A stretch of DNA of 64,000 nt from Bdellovibrionales bacterium (GCA_965200875.1 OZ241456.1:1056001-1120000), one strand, 5' to 3'. Positions 39,672 to 50,509 are shown, numbered from the stretch's first letter. Numbers and translations: made by a program. Notes: a model not told the origin generated them from the letters alone.

Positions 39672-39909
39672 TTCAGTATTTCCCTAGCAAAAATGGGGAC
39701 ATTTTTTTTGGATGAAACGAATAATTTGTTCTGAAACATTGTTTTTTTAACTAAAAAACAGCTTCTAACACGGACAATCAGTTCTGAAGAAAGAGGACCA
39801 GCCGGATTTTTTTATGGAAATCAGCTATCTCCAACAATAAAATCCACTTTTTTTTGATATAAGAGATTTTCCGGTCTTGACTGAATGGAAAATGAGGGAA
39901 AAAATAAAA

Positions 39910-40127
39910 TAGTGAGGCGTGAAAAAGTATACTTAGTGATCCGTGAAAAAGTATGTTATTTCCCTGGATTCCCGTTTTCACGGGAATGACACCCCTTGGG
40001 AAAGTACATAAAAAAGAGTGTGATAGTTGAAGCACTATGGGGTTTTCACGGACTACTACTTACTTAAGGAAAAAAGATGAATTATCGCCTTAAAACCCAG
40101 CAAGATTCCCGTTTTCACGGGAATGAC
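39910..40127 (+). repeat. MITE/REP-like element cluster (solo end 39910, full copy 39934-40058, extra palindrome ~40091-40127)
   Basis: TAGTGATCCGTGAAAA...TTTTCACGGACTACTA with internal ATTCCCGTTTTCACGGGAAT. Confidence 0.9.
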
Positions 40128-40140
40128 AGTTGATAGATGG

Positions 40141-41874
40141 ATGAGGTTTTTAGCTTTGAAAAGGATTTTCAAACAATTTAATTTAATTTTTTTGTGTTAT
40201 ATCATTGCTTTCCTGCTGATTGCCGTGTTTTCCGCCTATACGATTTCTCAAGAGGAAGAAGATGATGAAGATGATATAGAATGGTTGGACGAAGACGATG
40301 AAATGGAGTCCTTAAAGACAGACACAGAAGATGAACCAGAAAAAAACCAAGAATCCGCAAAAAAAGACACAGTAACAGAGGAAAGTACTGCCGAAAATGA
40401 TTCTATTGAAGATATTGGAGAGGAAGACATGGAGGAATCTGCCAGTTCTGACTCCAATACAGAAACAGATATGGATACAGAACTTTCACCCGCGGAGGTG
40501 TCAGATTCATCATCAGGAGATGAATATGAAAGGGACTTATATGAAACTTATATTCAGTATTACAGTAAAAAAGTATCCGTGGAGGATTGGAATAGTGTTG
40601 TGGGAGGAAAAGACACCTATAATATTCAGGAAAAAGATACTTTGTGGGATATTAGCCAAGTACTGTTTGGTGATCCAAACTACTGGCCAAAATTGTGGTC
40701 TACCAACCCTTTCATAACCAACCCCCATTTGATCCAGCCGACAGACACTCTGGGCTTTGTGCATGGCACAGAAGGTTCTCCTCCATCGTTATCTATTATT
40801 ACTGGTGGCTTGACACAAACTAAAAAGGGTTCCAGAACTCCTCGTGTTCTGCCAGAGTTTTTGAAAGGACAAAAAATAGAAAAATTTGCCCCTTCCAAAA
40901 AACTTGTGCCGGTATTGAAAAATATTCCTTCCAGTTTACCCCCTTTGCGTTTGTCCAAAAAGCAGGAAGAATCATCTGATATGAGGATAGAATTTCAAAA
41001 TGTTAGTATACCCACAATTACTGCTTTGAGAAATTATATGTCTGATGAACCTGCTGATGGTCAGGGAGTGGTATCAGATAAAAAAGAATATGGTTCTTGG
41101 TTTCATTTGGGACAAAGTGTCATTCTGGAAATGAGGGATCCGGTAGATCCAGGACAAAAACTGACTATAGTAAAAAATAAAGGTAAATTATATTCTTCCA
41201 AATTTGGGGTCAGAGGACCTTTTGGATATCAAATAGAAGTGCAGGGGGAAGTGGAAGTTGTTGGAAGAGTGCCAGATTCTTTTGATTTATATGAAGCCAG
41301 AGTCACTCAATCTTTACACCCTATCGCCATAGGTTCTCTTGTTTTGCGAAAAAGTATTATTGAATTTGATTATAAACCTACTGATATGATGGGAAATTCA
41401 GAAGCGCAAATTATTGGAGTTCCCTCTTCTGTTTTTGACAGTTATGACAAACAAATAGCATCCCCATATTCTTTGGTGTATTTGAATCGCGGTTCCGGAA
41501 GTGGTCTTTCTGTGGGTCAAATGTATCAAATCAAAGCGAATCCCAGTATTGAAAGACAAATGGAATACGGTTATGACATTAAAATGGGGGAACTTAAAAT
41601 TGTCTACACGGAAAATCGTTTCTCAACAGGAGTGATTACAAGAATGAATAACCCTATCCATGTAGGTGACTATATCGCTTCTTTGGATAAAGGAATTTTA
41701 ACACAAAGAGGTTATGATCCTTTGGATGATGATGAAGTGGAAGAAGTGGGAGCTGAAGACGCTGGGTTTAGAGAATTTGAGGGTTCGAATGAAAGTTCCC
41801 CAGCACCGCCACCTGCAAGTTCTCAGGATGAAGAACCTTATGACGAAGAAGATGTGTTTGAAGCTTTTGAATAA
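40141..41874 (+). CDS. LysM peptidoglycan-binding protein with acidic N- and C-termini
   Basis: YNIQEKDTLWDIS..WPKLW..NPHLIQP; start uncertain. Confidence 0.85.
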   Translation: MRFLALKRIFKQFNLIFLCYIIAFLLIAVFSAYTISQEEEDDEDDIEWLDEDDEMESLKTDTEDEPEKNQESAKKDTVTEESTAENDSIEDIGEEDMEESASSDSNTETDMDTELSPAEVSDSSSGDEYERDLYETYIQYYSKKVSVEDWNSVVGGKDTYNIQEKDTLWDISQVLFGDPNYWPKLWSTNPFITNPHLIQPTDTLGFVHGTEGSPPSLSIITGGLTQTKKGSRTPRVLPEFLKGQKIEKFAPSKKLVPVLKNIPSSLPPLRLSKKQEESSDMRIEFQNVSIPTITALRNYMSDEPADGQGVVSDKKEYGSWFHLGQSVILEMRDPVDPGQKLTIVKNKGKLYSSKFGVRGPFGYQIEVQGEVEVVGRVPDSFDLYEARVTQSLHPIAIGSLVLRKSIIEFDYKPTDMMGNSEAQIIGVPSSVFDSYDKQIASPYSLVYLNRGSGSGLSVGQMYQIKANPSIERQMEYGYDIKMGELKIVYTENRFSTGVITRMNNPIHVGDYIASLDKGILTQRGYDPLDDDEVEEVGAEDAGFREFEGSNESSPAPPPASSQDEEPYDEEDVFEAFE

Positions 41875-41918
41875 AAAAACAAAGGGTTAGATTCAGAGTA
41901 AGCAGAGGAGAGACTGGT

Positions 41919-43034
41919 GTGTCTTTTTTTTACAGCACCCTTAATAGAAAAGTTTTATTGTTGGTTTTGTTGCTCTCAGGCTTGGGCTTGGTACAAATAT
42001 ACAGTGCCAGTTATATCTTTTCCATAGAAAAATATAACGATGGTCTTTTCTTTTTTAAAAAACAGGTTATTTTTTCCTTGCTGGGTCTTTTGGCCCTGTT
42101 GTCTATAGCTTCTGTTTCTTGGAAATGGGCACGATTTTTTGGAATCAGTTTATGGATTCTGTCCGTTCTGCTGATTATTGTTACTCTCATTCCCGGTATT
42201 GGAGTGACAGCAGGAGGTGCTCAAAGATGGTTGGATTTGCCTTTTGGTTTTCGTTTCCAGCCAGCAGAGCTTTTTAAAGTCAGTTCTCCCTTTGCTTTTG
42301 TGTATCTGATTGCACTTAAAGAGCAAAGTTTTTTTAATAATCGCCCTTTGTTGTTTTGGGTTTTTCCCACTTTTGCTTTTGCTTTGCCGTTGTTGGTTTT
42401 GGCTTTACAGCCTGATTTTGGTTCCATTGTTTTATTCTTTTGCCTGACTCTGAGTGTTGTTTTTGTTTTAGGACTTAAATGGAGGTATATTTTTTCAGTT
42501 TTATTGTTGGTCAGCACGGGTCTATATTTGATGGTGATTTTTACTCCTTATCGGTTGGCACGCATTAAAGCTGTGTGGGATCCTTGGTCGGATCCTTTGG
42601 AAACCGGATTTCAGGTTATTCAAAGTATGATCAGTTTTCATTCAGGAGGTATGTTTGGAGTGGGGCTTGGGCACGGCCAGGGAAAGCTTTTTTTCCTGCC
42701 GGAAGCTCATACAGATTTTACTTTAGCGGTGTTTGGTGAAGAAACCGGATTTTTGGGATTTTGTGTATTGCTCACATTATACGGTTTATTGGTGTATTAT
42801 GGAATGAAAATTGCTTTAAGAACAGAAGACCTATTGCAAAAGATTTTGGCTTTCTCATTAAGTATGGTCTTCGCTCTTTCCACTATGATTCATATTGGAG
42901 TAAACTTGGGAATACTGCCCCCTAAAGGGCTTACACTGCCTTTTATGAGTTACGGAGGAAGTGCCTTGATATGTACTTTTTTATTGTTTGGTTGGTTATT
43001 AAATATAGAAAAACACAATCATTTTGTTTATTAG
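41919..43034 (+). CDS. ftsW: Peptidoglycan glycosyltransferase FtsW
   Basis: GAQRW, QPAE, QPDFG, LPEAHTDF, SYGGS; precedes murG. Confidence 0.93.
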   Translation: MSFFYSTLNRKVLLLVLLLSGLGLVQIYSASYIFSIEKYNDGLFFFKKQVIFSLLGLLALLSIASVSWKWARFFGISLWILSVLLIIVTLIPGIGVTAGGAQRWLDLPFGFRFQPAELFKVSSPFAFVYLIALKEQSFFNNRPLLFWVFPTFAFALPLLVLALQPDFGSIVLFFCLTLSVVFVLGLKWRYIFSVLLLVSTGLYLMVIFTPYRLARIKAVWDPWSDPLETGFQVIQSMISFHSGGMFGVGLGHGQGKLFFLPEAHTDFTLAVFGEETGFLGFCVLLTLYGLLVYYGMKIALRTEDLLQKILAFSLSMVFALSTMIHIGVNLGILPPKGLTLPFMSYGGSALICTFLLFGWLLNIEKHNHFVY

Positions 43035-43079
43035 CTTATTCCAGATAAAATCATATCAATAATGTGAAAAGAGTTTGTT

Positions 43080-44195
43080 TTGTGTAATGGAAAAATATTA
43101 ATTTCAGCCGGTGGTACTGGAGGACATATTCTGCCAGCCCTTTCTCTGGCAGAAAGTTTGCAATCTGCTAATGCAGATCTGCAAATAGAATTTGTCAGTG
43201 GTTCCTCCTCTTTGGAAAAAAATATTTATTCTCAAGTCGGATTCAAAGTTCATTTTTTATCCATAGGGCGTTTACGAAAAACTGTGCATTGGAAAGAAAG
43301 ATGTATAACTTTCTTTTCTCTTCCTTTTGTTTTGTTAAAAGCTTTATGGTTGCTGATGAAAACAAAACCCTCTCTTGTTTTGGGAACAGGAGGTGCTGTC
43401 AGCGGGCCGATATTGGTTGCAGGTTTTCTGCTTTGCCGGAAAACAGTTATTTTCGAGCCTAATGCTGTGCCGGGTCTGACCAATCGTTGGCTATCCCGTT
43501 TTGTAAATGAAGTGATAGTGGTGTTTTCTGCAACAAAAAAATATTTAAAAGCAAGGAAACAAACTAAGTTTCCTTTTCCTGTTCGCTCTCAAATATGCTC
43601 AGTTTCTCTAAAAAAAGACCTGGAGAACCCTCTTAGGATATTGGTACTGGGGGGTAGTCAGGGATCATCCTTGATTAACAAAGTGGTGTCTGAGTTTATT
43701 GTTTCTTCTAAATCTGTAAAAACTAATGGTGCTGATACAAATGATCAAGCTTATTCTTTTGTTCACCAAACCGGGAAAAAGGAATTTGAACATTTAAAAA
43801 AAATATATTCTGCTTTTGATGGTGTTGAAGTGCATCCTTTTTTGTGGAAAATACATAATTTTTATAAATGGTCTGATGTTGTAATAGGGAGAGCTGGAGC
43901 AGGTTCTATAGCAGAACTCTCTGTCATTGGCCGATTGGGTATTTTGGTGCCGTTGGCTAATTCTGCTGACCAGCATCAATTAAAAAATGCTCAGGACTTA
44001 GAAAAAAAATCGGCTGTTATCCTCATTGAAGAAAAAAAATTTAATAAGCATTCTCTGACTGAAGTTTTAAGAGCACTTATGAATCATCCTCAGAGAATAA
44101 AACAAATGTCTGACTCTATTCATAAGTTGAAATTAGGTGCGTCAGCGGATAATATCGCATTTTATTTGTATAAAAATTACATTTCCAAGAAATAA
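43080..44195 (+). CDS. murG: MurG GlcNAc transferase
   Basis: GGTGGH, EPNAVPG, GGSQG, RAGA, HQLKNA. Confidence 0.95.
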   Translation: MCNGKILISAGGTGGHILPALSLAESLQSANADLQIEFVSGSSSLEKNIYSQVGFKVHFLSIGRLRKTVHWKERCITFFSLPFVLLKALWLLMKTKPSLVLGTGGAVSGPILVAGFLLCRKTVIFEPNAVPGLTNRWLSRFVNEVIVVFSATKKYLKARKQTKFPFPVRSQICSVSLKKDLENPLRILVLGGSQGSSLINKVVSEFIVSSKSVKTNGADTNDQAYSFVHQTGKKEFEHLKKIYSAFDGVEVHPFLWKIHNFYKWSDVVIGRAGAGSIAELSVIGRLGILVPLANSADQHQLKNAQDLEKKSAVILIEEKKFNKHSLTEVLRALMNHPQRIKQMSDSIHKLKLGASADNIAFYLYKNYISKK

Positions 44196-44249
44196 TAAGT
44201 TTTTTGTGAAACACACAGGGGTTCAATATCCTGAAAATAAAGGTGGAAG

Positions 44250-45695
44250 ATGATAAAAAAAACCGGGAAGACAGAGAATTACGGGAAAGATGTCAATCTT
44301 TTCAGATCCGCGCCAAGAGGTTTTTTTACCCCAGGAGTGAGATTGCATTTTGTGGGTATTGGTGGAATAGGCATGTGTGGTCTGGCGGAGCTACTTCATT
44401 ATGCTGGCAGTTTCGTTACAGGAAGCGATCTGGTTGAAAACTTGCAAGTAAAAAGACTTAGAGGTTTGGGGATTCCTGTTTCCATTGGTCATAAAAAAGA
44501 GAATATCAGAAAGGCTGAAATATTGATTCAGTCCAGTGCTGTTCCTGAAGATAATATTGAAATTCAAGAGGGGAGAAAGTTGAAACTTCCGGTTATTAAA
44601 AGATCAGAAGCTTTGGCGGAGATTATGAGATTGAAAAGAGGACTTGTTGTAGCGGGCACACACGGAAAAACCACCACCACTCATTTGTTGTCGCAAATTT
44701 TTATTCATAATAAAAAAGATCCTGTTGTGGTCATTGGTGGACGCTCGCATTTATTTCAATCCACGGCTTTTCCGGGCAAGGGAGATTGGTTTATTGCTGA
44801 ATCGGATGAAAGCGATGGAGGATTTAAAAATTTATCTCCTGAAATAGCAGTGGTGACTAACATTGATAGAGAGCATTTGGATTACTATGGTTCTTTTGAA
44901 AAACTAAAAGCCGGGTTTTTAAGTTTTGTTTTAAAAGTTCCTTTTTATGGTTGTGTGGTTGCGTATGGAGATCAAAAGGTTTTACGCGATTTATTGTCGA
45001 ATATAGATCGAAAAGTGATTTTTTATGGTTTTAATAAAAATAACCACTTTGTATTAGAAAGAGTAAGCTTCTTAAAATATAGAGTGTTTGTAAATGGGGA
45101 AGAAATAGGCATGTTTCGTGCTCCTCTTCCTGGTTCCATGAATGCTTTAAACACTTTATCTGCTTGTGCTACAGCCATGACAATTGGTTTTTCCTTTGAA
45201 GAATGTTGCCTAAGCTTTCATAAATTTAAAGGGGTGGATCGCCGATTTCATAAAAAAGGGGAGAACAAAGGTATAGAGTTTTATGATGATTATGCTCATC
45301 ATCCCACAGAGATACGGGCAGTTCTTTCCGCTTTTCGTGAGCAATTTGGGAAGAATAAAAAGCTGGTAGTGCTTTTTCAACCTCATCGTTTTACCAGAAC
45401 AGCAGATTGTTGGACAGATTTTTTAACTTGTTTTGCAGAGGCGGATCAGGTGTTCTTGACAAATATTTATTCTGCCGGAGAGGCACAGAAGAAAGGTATT
45501 ACTTCTGAAAAATTGGCTGGAGAAATAAAACATTCTTCTTGTGTATATTGCCCGGAGGAAAATATGTTTCCCTTGCTGATGAGGACTTTAAAAGCCGGTG
45601 ATGTATTTATTACAATGGGCGCGGGTTCTGTTTATAGATATGGTGAACAATTATTGAATTTGTTTCAGGAACAGGAAACTGGAGATGACACCTGA
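44250..45695 (+). CDS. murC: UDP-N-acetylmuramate--L-alanine ligase
   Basis: GIGGIGM, GTHGKTTT, ESDESD, DDYAHHPTE. Confidence 0.96.
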   Translation: MIKKTGKTENYGKDVNLFRSAPRGFFTPGVRLHFVGIGGIGMCGLAELLHYAGSFVTGSDLVENLQVKRLRGLGIPVSIGHKKENIRKAEILIQSSAVPEDNIEIQEGRKLKLPVIKRSEALAEIMRLKRGLVVAGTHGKTTTTHLLSQIFIHNKKDPVVVIGGRSHLFQSTAFPGKGDWFIAESDESDGGFKNLSPEIAVVTNIDREHLDYYGSFEKLKAGFLSFVLKVPFYGCVVAYGDQKVLRDLLSNIDRKVIFYGFNKNNHFVLERVSFLKYRVFVNGEEIGMFRAPLPGSMNALNTLSACATAMTIGFSFEECCLSFHKFKGVDRRFHKKGENKGIEFYDDYAHHPTEIRAVLSAFREQFGKNKKLVVLFQPHRFTRTADCWTDFLTCFAEADQVFLTNIYSAGEAQKKGITSEKLAGEIKHSSCVYCPEENMFPLLMRTLKAGDVFITMGAGSVYRYGEQLLNLFQEQETGDDT

Positions 45696-45731
45696 AGTGG
45701 CGTGCTCAAAATCGAACTAAGGATAGTATAA

Positions 45732-46679
45732 ATGGAAAACGACACACAAATAAAAATAAAAATAAAAGAACCACTTTGCTCTTATCCACTTGCTAGGTTG
45801 AACAGCTGGAAGGTGGGAGGGAATGCGGATTTTTTTTGTGAACCAGAAAGTCAGGAGGAAATTTTTTATTATTTGGAATGGGCAAAAAATAAAAGCCTGC
45901 CAGTTACTTTTCTGAGTGGAGGCACGAATGTGCTCATAAGTGATCAGGGAGTGGAAGGTTTGGTTATGAGTTTACGAAAACTCAAAACCTGCTCTGTACA
46001 AAAAAGAGATGGGCGTTTATTTATCAGTGCTTTAGCTGGCGTCTCCAAAGCGGAAATTATGCAAATTTTTCTTAAGTATAAATTAGCACCTGCCTTGTTT
46101 TTATGTGGCCTTCCAGGAGATGTGGGTGGGGGTGTGGTTATGAACGCCGGTGTTGGTGTAGGTATTTTTGCAGAAATAGTTGATAACTTTCCAAGAGAGT
46201 TTAAAGATATCGTGGATTGGGTAAAAGTTATCAGAGAGGGCAAGGTTGTTTCAATTTCTAGTAAAGATCTGAAGTGGAAATATCGCTTTAGCCAAGGTTG
46301 GGCACCTGGTTTAATTTATGAAGTAGGTATGAGCTGGCCCATAGAACCTCTTTTGGATCTGCCGGCGCGGTTAAAGAAAACAGCTTTAAGAAGAACGCAG
46401 AGCCAGCCTTTAAAATTTGCCAGCTGTGGTTCTGTGTTTAAAAACCCTTTGACAGGAGAGAAGTCAGGGGCACTTATTGAGCAATGTGAATTAAAAGGAT
46501 ATGAGATAGGTCAAGCTTGTGTGTCTAAAAAGCACGCCAATTTTATTCTGAATAAGGGAGGGGCCAAAGCAATGGATATTCATATTTTGATTCAACATAT
46601 ACAAAAAACCGTACAAGATAAATATGACATTTTCCTAGAACTGGAAGTTAAATATATGGGACGATGGCTTGTGTCTTAA
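45732..46679 (+). CDS. murB: UDP-N-acetylenolpyruvoylglucosamine reductase
   Basis: VGGNAD, MNAG, SCGSVFKNP, KHANF. Confidence 0.95.
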   Translation: MENDTQIKIKIKEPLCSYPLARLNSWKVGGNADFFCEPESQEEIFYYLEWAKNKSLPVTFLSGGTNVLISDQGVEGLVMSLRKLKTCSVQKRDGRLFISALAGVSKAEIMQIFLKYKLAPALFLCGLPGDVGGGVVMNAGVGVGIFAEIVDNFPREFKDIVDWVKVIREGKVVSISSKDLKWKYRFSQGWAPGLIYEVGMSWPIEPLLDLPARLKKTALRRTQSQPLKFASCGSVFKNPLTGEKSGALIEQCELKGYEIGQACVSKKHANFILNKGGAKAMDIHILIQHIQKTVQDKYDIFLELEVKYMGRWLVS

Positions 46680-46761
46680 ATTTGGATATATATTTAATGT
46701 AACATAATATCACTTATCGGGGATTCAAGCCTTTCATTTTAGGGAAACCTAAACTCTGATA

Positions 46762-47010
46762 TTAAGGATTATTTTTTGATAACCACGCTTTCATATCACC
46801 TTTTAGCTCTTTCATATCATCTTTTAGTTCTTTAAAAACCTCTTTTATTGCAGATTCTAGTTTCTCAATCTTCTTTTCTGTACCGGTGACATGATTATTC
46901 AAATCTCTTCGGATATACTTTATCTCAACAACTAAATATACCAAGACAAGTAATATAAAATATTCCAAAGGTATTGACTGGCCAAAAAGATTTATAGTGG
47001 CTGTGTTCAT
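46762..47010 (-). CDS. Small membrane-anchored coiled-coil protein
   Basis: One TM helix followed by KELKDDMKELK heptads. Confidence 0.6.
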   Translation of the reverse strand: MNTATINLFGQSIPLEYFILLVLVYLVVEIKYIRRDLNNHVTGTEKKIEKLESAIKEVFKELKDDMKELKGDMKAWLSKNNP

Positions 47011-47159
47011 GTCTATATTATATCACATATATAGTGCTACATAAAGCCATTTAAACAGATATAATCCCTATTTTTTGCCCTTTTGCCACCTTATTTTTTG
47101 ATAACTATGCTTTCAATCACCTTTTTTAACATTGATCGACTCGATTGATTTTATGTCAA

Positions 47160-47891
47160 TTAAAAGTCGTGAGCGATACCCATTTTTTTTAAAGCAGAAA
47201 GAGCCGCGGATTGGGTGGCTTGTTTCTTACTGGTACCAGTCCCCGTCCCCAATATTCTGTTATTCATCTGTGCTTCCATGACAAACACTTTATCATGTGG
47301 AGGACCTTTGATTTCCAGTATGCTGTAAATGGGAACTTTTTGAAATTTTTTTTGAGTAAATTCCTGAAGAAGACTTTTATAATCTCTGTTTACAGGTCCT
47401 TTTTTAATAGCTGGCCCCAACAAATATTGAATCAGTTTTTTTGACTTTTTATATCCTCCATCCATATACACTGCCCCCACCAAAGCTTCCAATACACACG
47501 CTAAAAGTCTTGGCTTAAACTGGCCTTTGTCCTGTGTCTCAGAAAAGCTTAGCAAAAGCTCTTGATCCAACTTTAAACTCAATGCCAGTTCAGCTAGGTC
47601 ATTGGTATTCACCAAGGAAGCCCGCATCTTGGAAAGCTCTCCTTCATCCGCAAAAGGATATTCCTCCATTAATAAATCACTCACACATAAATCAAAAACT
47701 GCATCACCTAAAAATTCCAGCCGTTCATTGTGAAATTCATTGCCTCTTTCCCTGGCCAAACTCTTATGGGTTAAAGCTTGAGTCTTCAGAGCTTGATTTT
47801 TAAAAAAATATCCAAGTCGATGTTCCAATGTATCACCTGAAAACTGCTTTCTGCCCTTTAAATGAAAAGATAAAAAAGTTTTTATACTCAT
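47160..47891 (-). CDS. rnc: Ribonuclease III
   Basis: NERLEFLGDAV signature; dsRBD GPPH..GTSKKQA. Confidence 0.96.
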   Translation of the reverse strand: MSIKTFLSFHLKGRKQFSGDTLEHRLGYFFKNQALKTQALTHKSLARERGNEFHNERLEFLGDAVFDLCVSDLLMEEYPFADEGELSKMRASLVNTNDLAELALSLKLDQELLLSFSETQDKGQFKPRLLACVLEALVGAVYMDGGYKKSKKLIQYLLGPAIKKGPVNRDYKSLLQEFTQKKFQKVPIYSILEIKGPPHDKVFVMEAQMNNRILGTGTGTSKKQATQSAALSALKKMGIAHDF

Positions 47892-47928
47892 AAAAAATCA
47901 GCTCCGGTGGATTTGAAACCATGATATT

Positions 47929-49152
47929 TCAAATGACTTTTATTTTCCTCTTTTTTAACTCAGATTGAATCCGCTCCAAATGTTTTTTTTCTCTTGTTTC
48001 AATCACCAGCTGAATTTCAGCTAATCCATGAGAAAGACGAGGAACATTTCTTTCATGGTGAACCAACAAAATATTGGCTTTCATATCTGATAAAAGCTGA
48101 GTAATTTTGTTTAAATTTCCCGGCTGATCTCTCACCACAACAGAAAGTCGCTCTAACCTCCCAATGCTTCTTAATCCCTTTTCGATTACCTGGGCAATAA
48201 TATTTAAGTCAATATTACCGCCGGAAATAATCACTCCGCATTTCTTGCCTATATTCCATTTTCCTTTTTGTTTAAGCAGAGCAGACACAGAAACCGCTCC
48301 CGCCCCTTCTACTAAAGTCTTACTTCTTTCTAATAATAAAGTGATAGCACCAGCCACTTCATCATCCGTTACACTGATCACATCATCCACATACTGCGAA
48401 ATATAATCATCAAACATTTCTCTTGTGGGATTTTTTACAGTTATTCCATCAGCCAACCCTCCGGGGCAAAAATGTTGCTCAGAAACATATTCTTTTTTAT
48501 GAAATAAAAACTCCATAGCTGGTGCCATAGCGGATACAACACCATAAACACGACAAGCCGGTTTAACTTGTTTGATTACACTGGCAATTCCGCCAATCAG
48601 TCCCCCACCTCCAATAGGCACAATAACGGAGTCCATATCAGGAACTTGTGTCAACATTTCCAAAGCAATACTGCCTTGGCCAGCAATAACAGCAGGATCT
48701 TTATATGGATGAACAAAAGTCTTGTTTTTTTCTCTGGAAAGCTGAATGGCATAAGTATAACTTTCATCATAAACTTTTCCATGCAAAATAACTTCAGCTC
48801 CATAATGACGAACAGCCTGCTCCTTTACAATGGGTGTATTTTCTGGGAGTACCAATAGCGCAGATGTTTTCACACATTGGGTGGAATAGGCCACTCCTTG
48901 AGCATGATTTCCCGCAGAACAGGAAATTACTCCTCTTTCCTTTTCCTCTGCACTCAAATTCAGCACTTTATTAAGTGCTCCCCGCACCTTAAAACTTCCC
49001 GTTCTCTGTTCATTTTCCATTTTTAAATACACCTGAGCACCCACACGGGAGCTGAGAGTACGAGAATAATTAAACATGGTTTGTTGAATCCAAGGAGAAA
49101 TTTTTTCTCTGACTTTTTTAAACTGCTCTATGGAAATAAGTGTGTTTTTCAT
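47929..49152 (-). CDS. ilvA: Threonine ammonia-lyase with ACT domain
   Basis: QRTGSFKVRGA, SAGNHAQG, GGGG, SGGN; start at MKNTLIS. Confidence 0.92.
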   Translation of the reverse strand: MKNTLISIEQFKKVREKISPWIQQTMFNYSRTLSSRVGAQVYLKMENEQRTGSFKVRGALNKVLNLSAEEKERGVISCSAGNHAQGVAYSTQCVKTSALLVLPENTPIVKEQAVRHYGAEVILHGKVYDESYTYAIQLSREKNKTFVHPYKDPAVIAGQGSIALEMLTQVPDMDSVIVPIGGGGLIGGIASVIKQVKPACRVYGVVSAMAPAMEFLFHKKEYVSEQHFCPGGLADGITVKNPTREMFDDYISQYVDDVISVTDDEVAGAITLLLERSKTLVEGAGAVSVSALLKQKGKWNIGKKCGVIISGGNIDLNIIAQVIEKGLRSIGRLERLSVVVRDQPGNLNKITQLLSDMKANILLVHHERNVPRLSHGLAEIQLVIETREKKHLERIQSELKKRKIKVI

Positions 49153-49470
49153 AAAGGTACATAAAATATCGTGATAGTGGGGTTCCAAGGAAAGTAAAGA
49201 ATTAATTTTTTTTGATGTCCACTTTTTTAAGGTGACCCTAGGCATTGGTTTGAGTGTTTTGATAAAAATTCACTAAATGTTGTTAAATTATATACTGTAT
49301 GATTTTTTTTTGTTTCAAAATAAAACACTTTGGTTCAAATAAAGAAATTTTGATTGTATATAAAGTCTAAAGTACTGAAATTACTATGAAATTTTCTATC
49401 AGCTGGCGACATAATAAGATGAAGCATCTTTTTAGAGCTAGGTTTTTTCTTATTTTTTATATTTTCATTT

Positions 49471-49497
49471 TAATAAAGCATAATTTTTTGCCGAAAA
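49471..49497 (+). promoter_or_regulatory. Possible sigma28 (FliA) promoter
   Basis: TAAT-N15-GCCGAAAA upstream of the lipoprotein gene. Confidence 0.4.
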
Positions 49498-49579
49498 GAA
49501 AAACAGTCACTCATATTTCCCTACACCGCTTAGATGAGTTTGACGAGGAATACAAACCCTGAAATAGGGAGGTTTAATA

Positions 49580-50299
49580 ATGGCAATACGGATTTTAATT
49601 TTTTCTTCAATAATAATGTGGCTGATATCCTGTAATCAAGGTAACTATGGCCAACAGGGATCTGGTGGCAATAATCCATCAGGACAAGGGTTCGGTTTTA
49701 ACAGCCCTATTCCCGGAGGTAGTACTTCAAATACCGGTTCTACAAGCTGTAATAATAAATGGGGAGGTGTCACCTGTTTAAGTGGACAAAACCGGGATGA
49801 AAATTTTTTGGGCTATTTATCCAATGGATCAAGCAAAGACGGAATTGGAAGTATTAACTGTAACCCCAGTAATGATAGTGGTGTATTGATTAATATGACA
49901 GTAGCTCTAAATGGTCCTTTTGACCCGGCTGGCAACAATTCAAATTTAACCGTACAAATAGGTTCTTCTCAGCTGGAAATTGCAGTTTTTGATTCATGGA
50001 TCGGCGATCTCAGAGAGACGGGCAAGGGCAAGGGCAAAAACACAACAGAAATAACGCCCATCTATGCAAAATTTCAAGCTTTAAGTGGAGAAGTAGATGG
50101 CAATAGGGTTCATTTACACTTTATTTACAGAGGTAACAATGGGCAAAAAGATATTAGAATAGAAGGCACTTTTGATCCAAATATATTTAGTGGAAAGATC
50201 TCTTTTCACAATGAACAATTGTTTAATGGAAGTATGCCCGGAGCCAGTGGACCTTTAGGTAACTTTAAAATCGCTACCTGTTCTGTATTCAAGTACTAG
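49580..50299 (+). CDS. Hypothetical lipoprotein
   Basis: RBS GGAGG; lipobox LISC; Gly/Ser/Asn-rich linker. Confidence 0.75.
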   Translation: MAIRILIFSSIIMWLISCNQGNYGQQGSGGNNPSGQGFGFNSPIPGGSTSNTGSTSCNNKWGGVTCLSGQNRDENFLGYLSNGSSKDGIGSINCNPSNDSGVLINMTVALNGPFDPAGNNSNLTVQIGSSQLEIAVFDSWIGDLRETGKGKGKNTTEITPIYAKFQALSGEVDGNRVHLHFIYRGNNGQKDIRIEGTFDPNIFSGKISFHNEQLFNGSMPGASGPLGNFKIATCSVFKY

Positions 50300-50452
50300 T
50301 AGTTGCTGAAGTCGGGAAAAAAGTATGTTATTTTGATTGGATTCCCGTTTTCACGGGACTGAAAGCCAAAAACTTGTCTTTTAGTTTCCAAGGGAATGCA
50401 TATAAAAATAAGCATGATAATTAAAACACTAAGGATTTTTCACGAAGAAGTA
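50297..50452 (+). repeat. Degenerate MITE/REP-like element
   Basis: AAGTATGTTATTTTGATTGGATTCCCGTTTTCACGGGACTGAAAGCC...TTTTCACG. Confidence 0.8.
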
Positions 50453-50509
50453 GTTATTATTGCAAAGTCTATGTCTTTAGACAGTTTATACTGTGTTGCA
50501 CTCTTTCGA

